A stretch of DNA of 64,000 nucleotides from Nitrospirales bacterium (GTDB lineage Bacteria; Nitrospirota; Nitrospiria; Nitrospirales; UBA8639), in contig OY729426.1 of NCBI GenBank assembly GCA_963422365.1, positions 64,001-128,000 on the forward strand, written 5' to 3'. A model generated the notes under the pieces. That model searched no databases. It saw only the letters and a list, made by a program, of their open reading frames with translations, and was not told the origin of the DNA. Both the position numbers and the translations under genes were made by a program. Within the stretch, counting starts at the first letter, position 1; each line of letters starts with the position of its first letter. This document shows, one piece after another, positions 62,180-64,000 of this stretch.

Positions 62180-62971
62180 TCAGGAGAGATAATACTGAGG
62201 GCGTCGATCTTTCACCAACTCATTGTACGGATTGATCGACTTGTTGCGGGCTTCGTTGATATCGATCTCGACTACCGCGAGTTCCGGAGCATCTGCAGAA
62301 GCCCGGGACAGAATATGACCGTTTGGTGCAATAACTTCACTTTTTCCGATAAAGGTCAGAGGTGGTTTGCCTCCTCTGGCTTCTTGACCGATTCGGTTGG
62401 CCGTAATGCCGAAGATCCGATTTTCCAAGGAACGTGTCACCATGGCATCAGGGCAGTGAGGCAGGACTAAATTCGATGGATGACACACAATCTCGGCCCC
62501 TTGTAAGACGAGAGTACGAGCGGCTTCTGGGTAGTACCAATCAAAACAGATCATGACCCCAATGCGGGCCTCGCCAATATCCCAGACCTGAAACCCTGAG
62601 TCACCCGGGCTGAAGAACAACGTTTCCTCACAAAACAAATGCGTTTTGCGGTAACACCCCAAGAACCCCGAAGGACCAACCACAATCGCCGCGTTGTAAC
62701 ACTGCCGACCGGCCCGTTCAGGCAGCCCCGCAACCAAATGCATCTGATGTTGTCGGGCAAGCTCAACGCAGGCCTGAGTCGTGGGGCCGTCCGGAACCTG
62801 TTCCGATAAATCGAGGACTTCCTCCTGATTAACAAATTGATAGCCGGTAAAGGCACATTCCGGCAGAACAAGCAGTTCGCACTCCACCGGACCCAGTCGG
62901 GAAGCAACCCGTTCAAGATTTCGTTGCACTTCTCCGAATTCAGGATGTAGTTGGAAATAGCCGACTTTCAT
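62180..62971 (-). CDS. Nitrilase/carbon-nitrogen hydrolase family protein
   Basis: E-K-C triad: LPEC, YRKTHL, ICFD. Confidence 0.9.
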   Translation of the reverse strand: MKVGYFQLHPEFGEVQRNLERVASRLGPVECELLVLPECAFTGYQFVNQEEVLDLSEQVPDGPTTQACVELARQHQMHLVAGLPERAGRQCYNAAIVVGPSGFLGCYRKTHLFCEETLFFSPGDSGFQVWDIGEARIGVMICFDWYYPEAARTLVLQGAEIVCHPSNLVLPHCPDAMVTRSLENRIFGITANRIGQEARGGKPPLTFIGKSEVIAPNGHILSRASADAPELAVVEIDINEARNKSINPYNELVKDRRPQYYLS

Positions 62972-63000
62972 CAATTGACCCTTTGAATGTCCTTCAAAAC

Positions 63001-63033
63001 AAAAACGGGCAGGAACCCCCTTGCCCGTTTTTT
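63001..63033 (-). terminator. Rho-independent terminator after smbP
   Basis: AAAAACGGGCAGG...CCTTGCCCGTTTTTT hairpin with A/T tracts on both sides. Confidence 0.8.
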
Positions 63034-63059
63034 AGACCGCATTGACCCGTTCGGCACAA

Positions 63060-63401
63060 TCAATGGACTTCCTTAAGATGCATGACGGCACTGTTGGCAT
63101 GCTTGGTCGCCACCTCGGCATGACCTTCTTTGCCATGCGCAATGGCGTCTCCCAATGCACTGACGCCTTCATCAAGATGCGCATTGGTGACTTCTCCCTG
63201 AGCCGTTTTCGCATGCGCCAATGCTTCTTCTGCATGTTCGACAACGGCATCAGCATGCCCCATGCCGCCATGTTTTGCCGCTTCCTCCGCATGTGCAATT
63301 GCTTCCTGAACATGCGCATTGACTTCAGCGAACACCGGCGCAACCACCAATACGAACGCTGCCGACATCAACAATCCGGCGAGAAAAATGTTTTTCGCCA
63401 T
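63060..63401 (-). CDS. smbP: Small metal-binding protein SmbP
   Basis: Signal peptide; periodic His (AIAHAEEA..HG..GHAD...HAEEALAHA). Confidence 0.85.
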   Translation of the reverse strand: MAKNIFLAGLLMSAAFVLVVAPVFAEVNAHVQEAIAHAEEAAKHGGMGHADAVVEHAEEALAHAKTAQGEVTNAHLDEGVSALGDAIAHGKEGHAEVATKHANSAVMHLKEVH

Positions 63402-63478
63402 TCTACACCCCCTCTTTGAAAGGTTGGAAAAACAACGGATTCCTTACACTTATCTTCTCGCATACTTTCGAGATTTCT

Positions 63479-64000
63479 TCAAGAAGCCTCTTCTTCGGCT
63501 TTGCCCGTCACCTGGTAGAGCAAGTTCATATCTTTTTCAGCGGGAGCCGCAAAGTCCCGGCTCCACTCCCACCAGGACCCAGGATAGTTTCGCACCTTCT
63601 CATAGCCCGTCAACTTGAGCAAAAAATAGACCCATGCCGACCGAAGACCGCCCAAACAATAGGTAACGACTTCTTGCTGTTCGCTCATGCCAAACGCATG
63701 AAACATTTCCCGAAGGGCGGACAGGGGCTTGACGGTGGCATCCTGCTGGAGAAACCCGTTCCAGGGAATATTGACTGCGGACGGGATATGCCCTGGTCTC
63801 GGCAACCCATCGATTTCCTTCCCCGCATACTCCTCCACGCTTCGGGCATCCACGATCACCGTGTCTCGATGCGGACTTTTGACCAATTTTTTCAGTTCCT
63901 GTTTTTTAATGATCACTTCCGGCTGAACCAACGCCCGAAAGTCGCCGGGTTTGGGGCGAACCGGCGCATGTTCATAGGGTCGATGTTCCGCCGTCCATTT
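63479..64000 (-). CDS. Sulfurtransferase (rhodanese), 3' part
   Basis: DARS..EY.G, GHIPSAVN, YCLGGLRS, NYPGSWWEW; open to the window end. Confidence 0.9.
   Translation of the reverse strand, partial: KWTAEHRPYEHAPVRPKPGDFRALVQPEVIIKKQELKKLVKSPHRDTVIVDARSVEEYAGKEIDGLPRPGHIPSAVNIPWNGFLQQDATVKPLSALREMFHAFGMSEQQEVVTYCLGGLRSAWVYFLLKLTGYEKVRNYPGSWWEWSRDFAAPAEKDMNLLYQVTGKAEEEAS

Overview
Bacterial chromosomal window, most likely from a nitrite-oxidising Nitrospirota (inferred from gene content; a marine or sponge-associated lineage is plausible but unproven). Mostly core genes in order: ltaE (partial), tsaC, purD, purH; a treZ-lapA-glgC-treY trehalose/glycogen cluster; tRNA-Thr; ubiA; an 11-gene minus-strand respiratory cluster (two CydA-like cytochrome bd-like oxidase subunits, Rieske protein plus cytochrome b, five c-type cytochromes, an EbdC/NxrC-like heme b protein and a His-tailed membrane protein); a hopanoid/MEP cluster (shc, hpnG, hpnM/mlaC, dxs, ispG, tRNA-Cys, hpnH); a type IV pilin with a sigma54-like promoter; serC-serA-hisZ-dnaB; thyX; an NSS transporter; lnt-prfB-lysS-lolC/E-lolD; uppP; a decayed higBA pair; a nitrilase-family gene, smbP and a partial rhodanese. 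One accessory island (about 52.9-59.55 kb) holds an intact, GC-rich Ig-repeat autotransporter surrounded by broken fragments (tyrosine integrase C-terminus, UbiA-family C-terminus, Cys-rich unknown, IS5 transposase, MmeI-like methyltransferase). The most unusual observation is that lnt has no stop of its own: it runs in frame through the prfB start and ends on the UGA of the prfB programmed +1 frameshift site, predicting an RF2-dependent Lnt-RF2 fusion. All calls come from reading the sequence and motif recall; no database searches were run.
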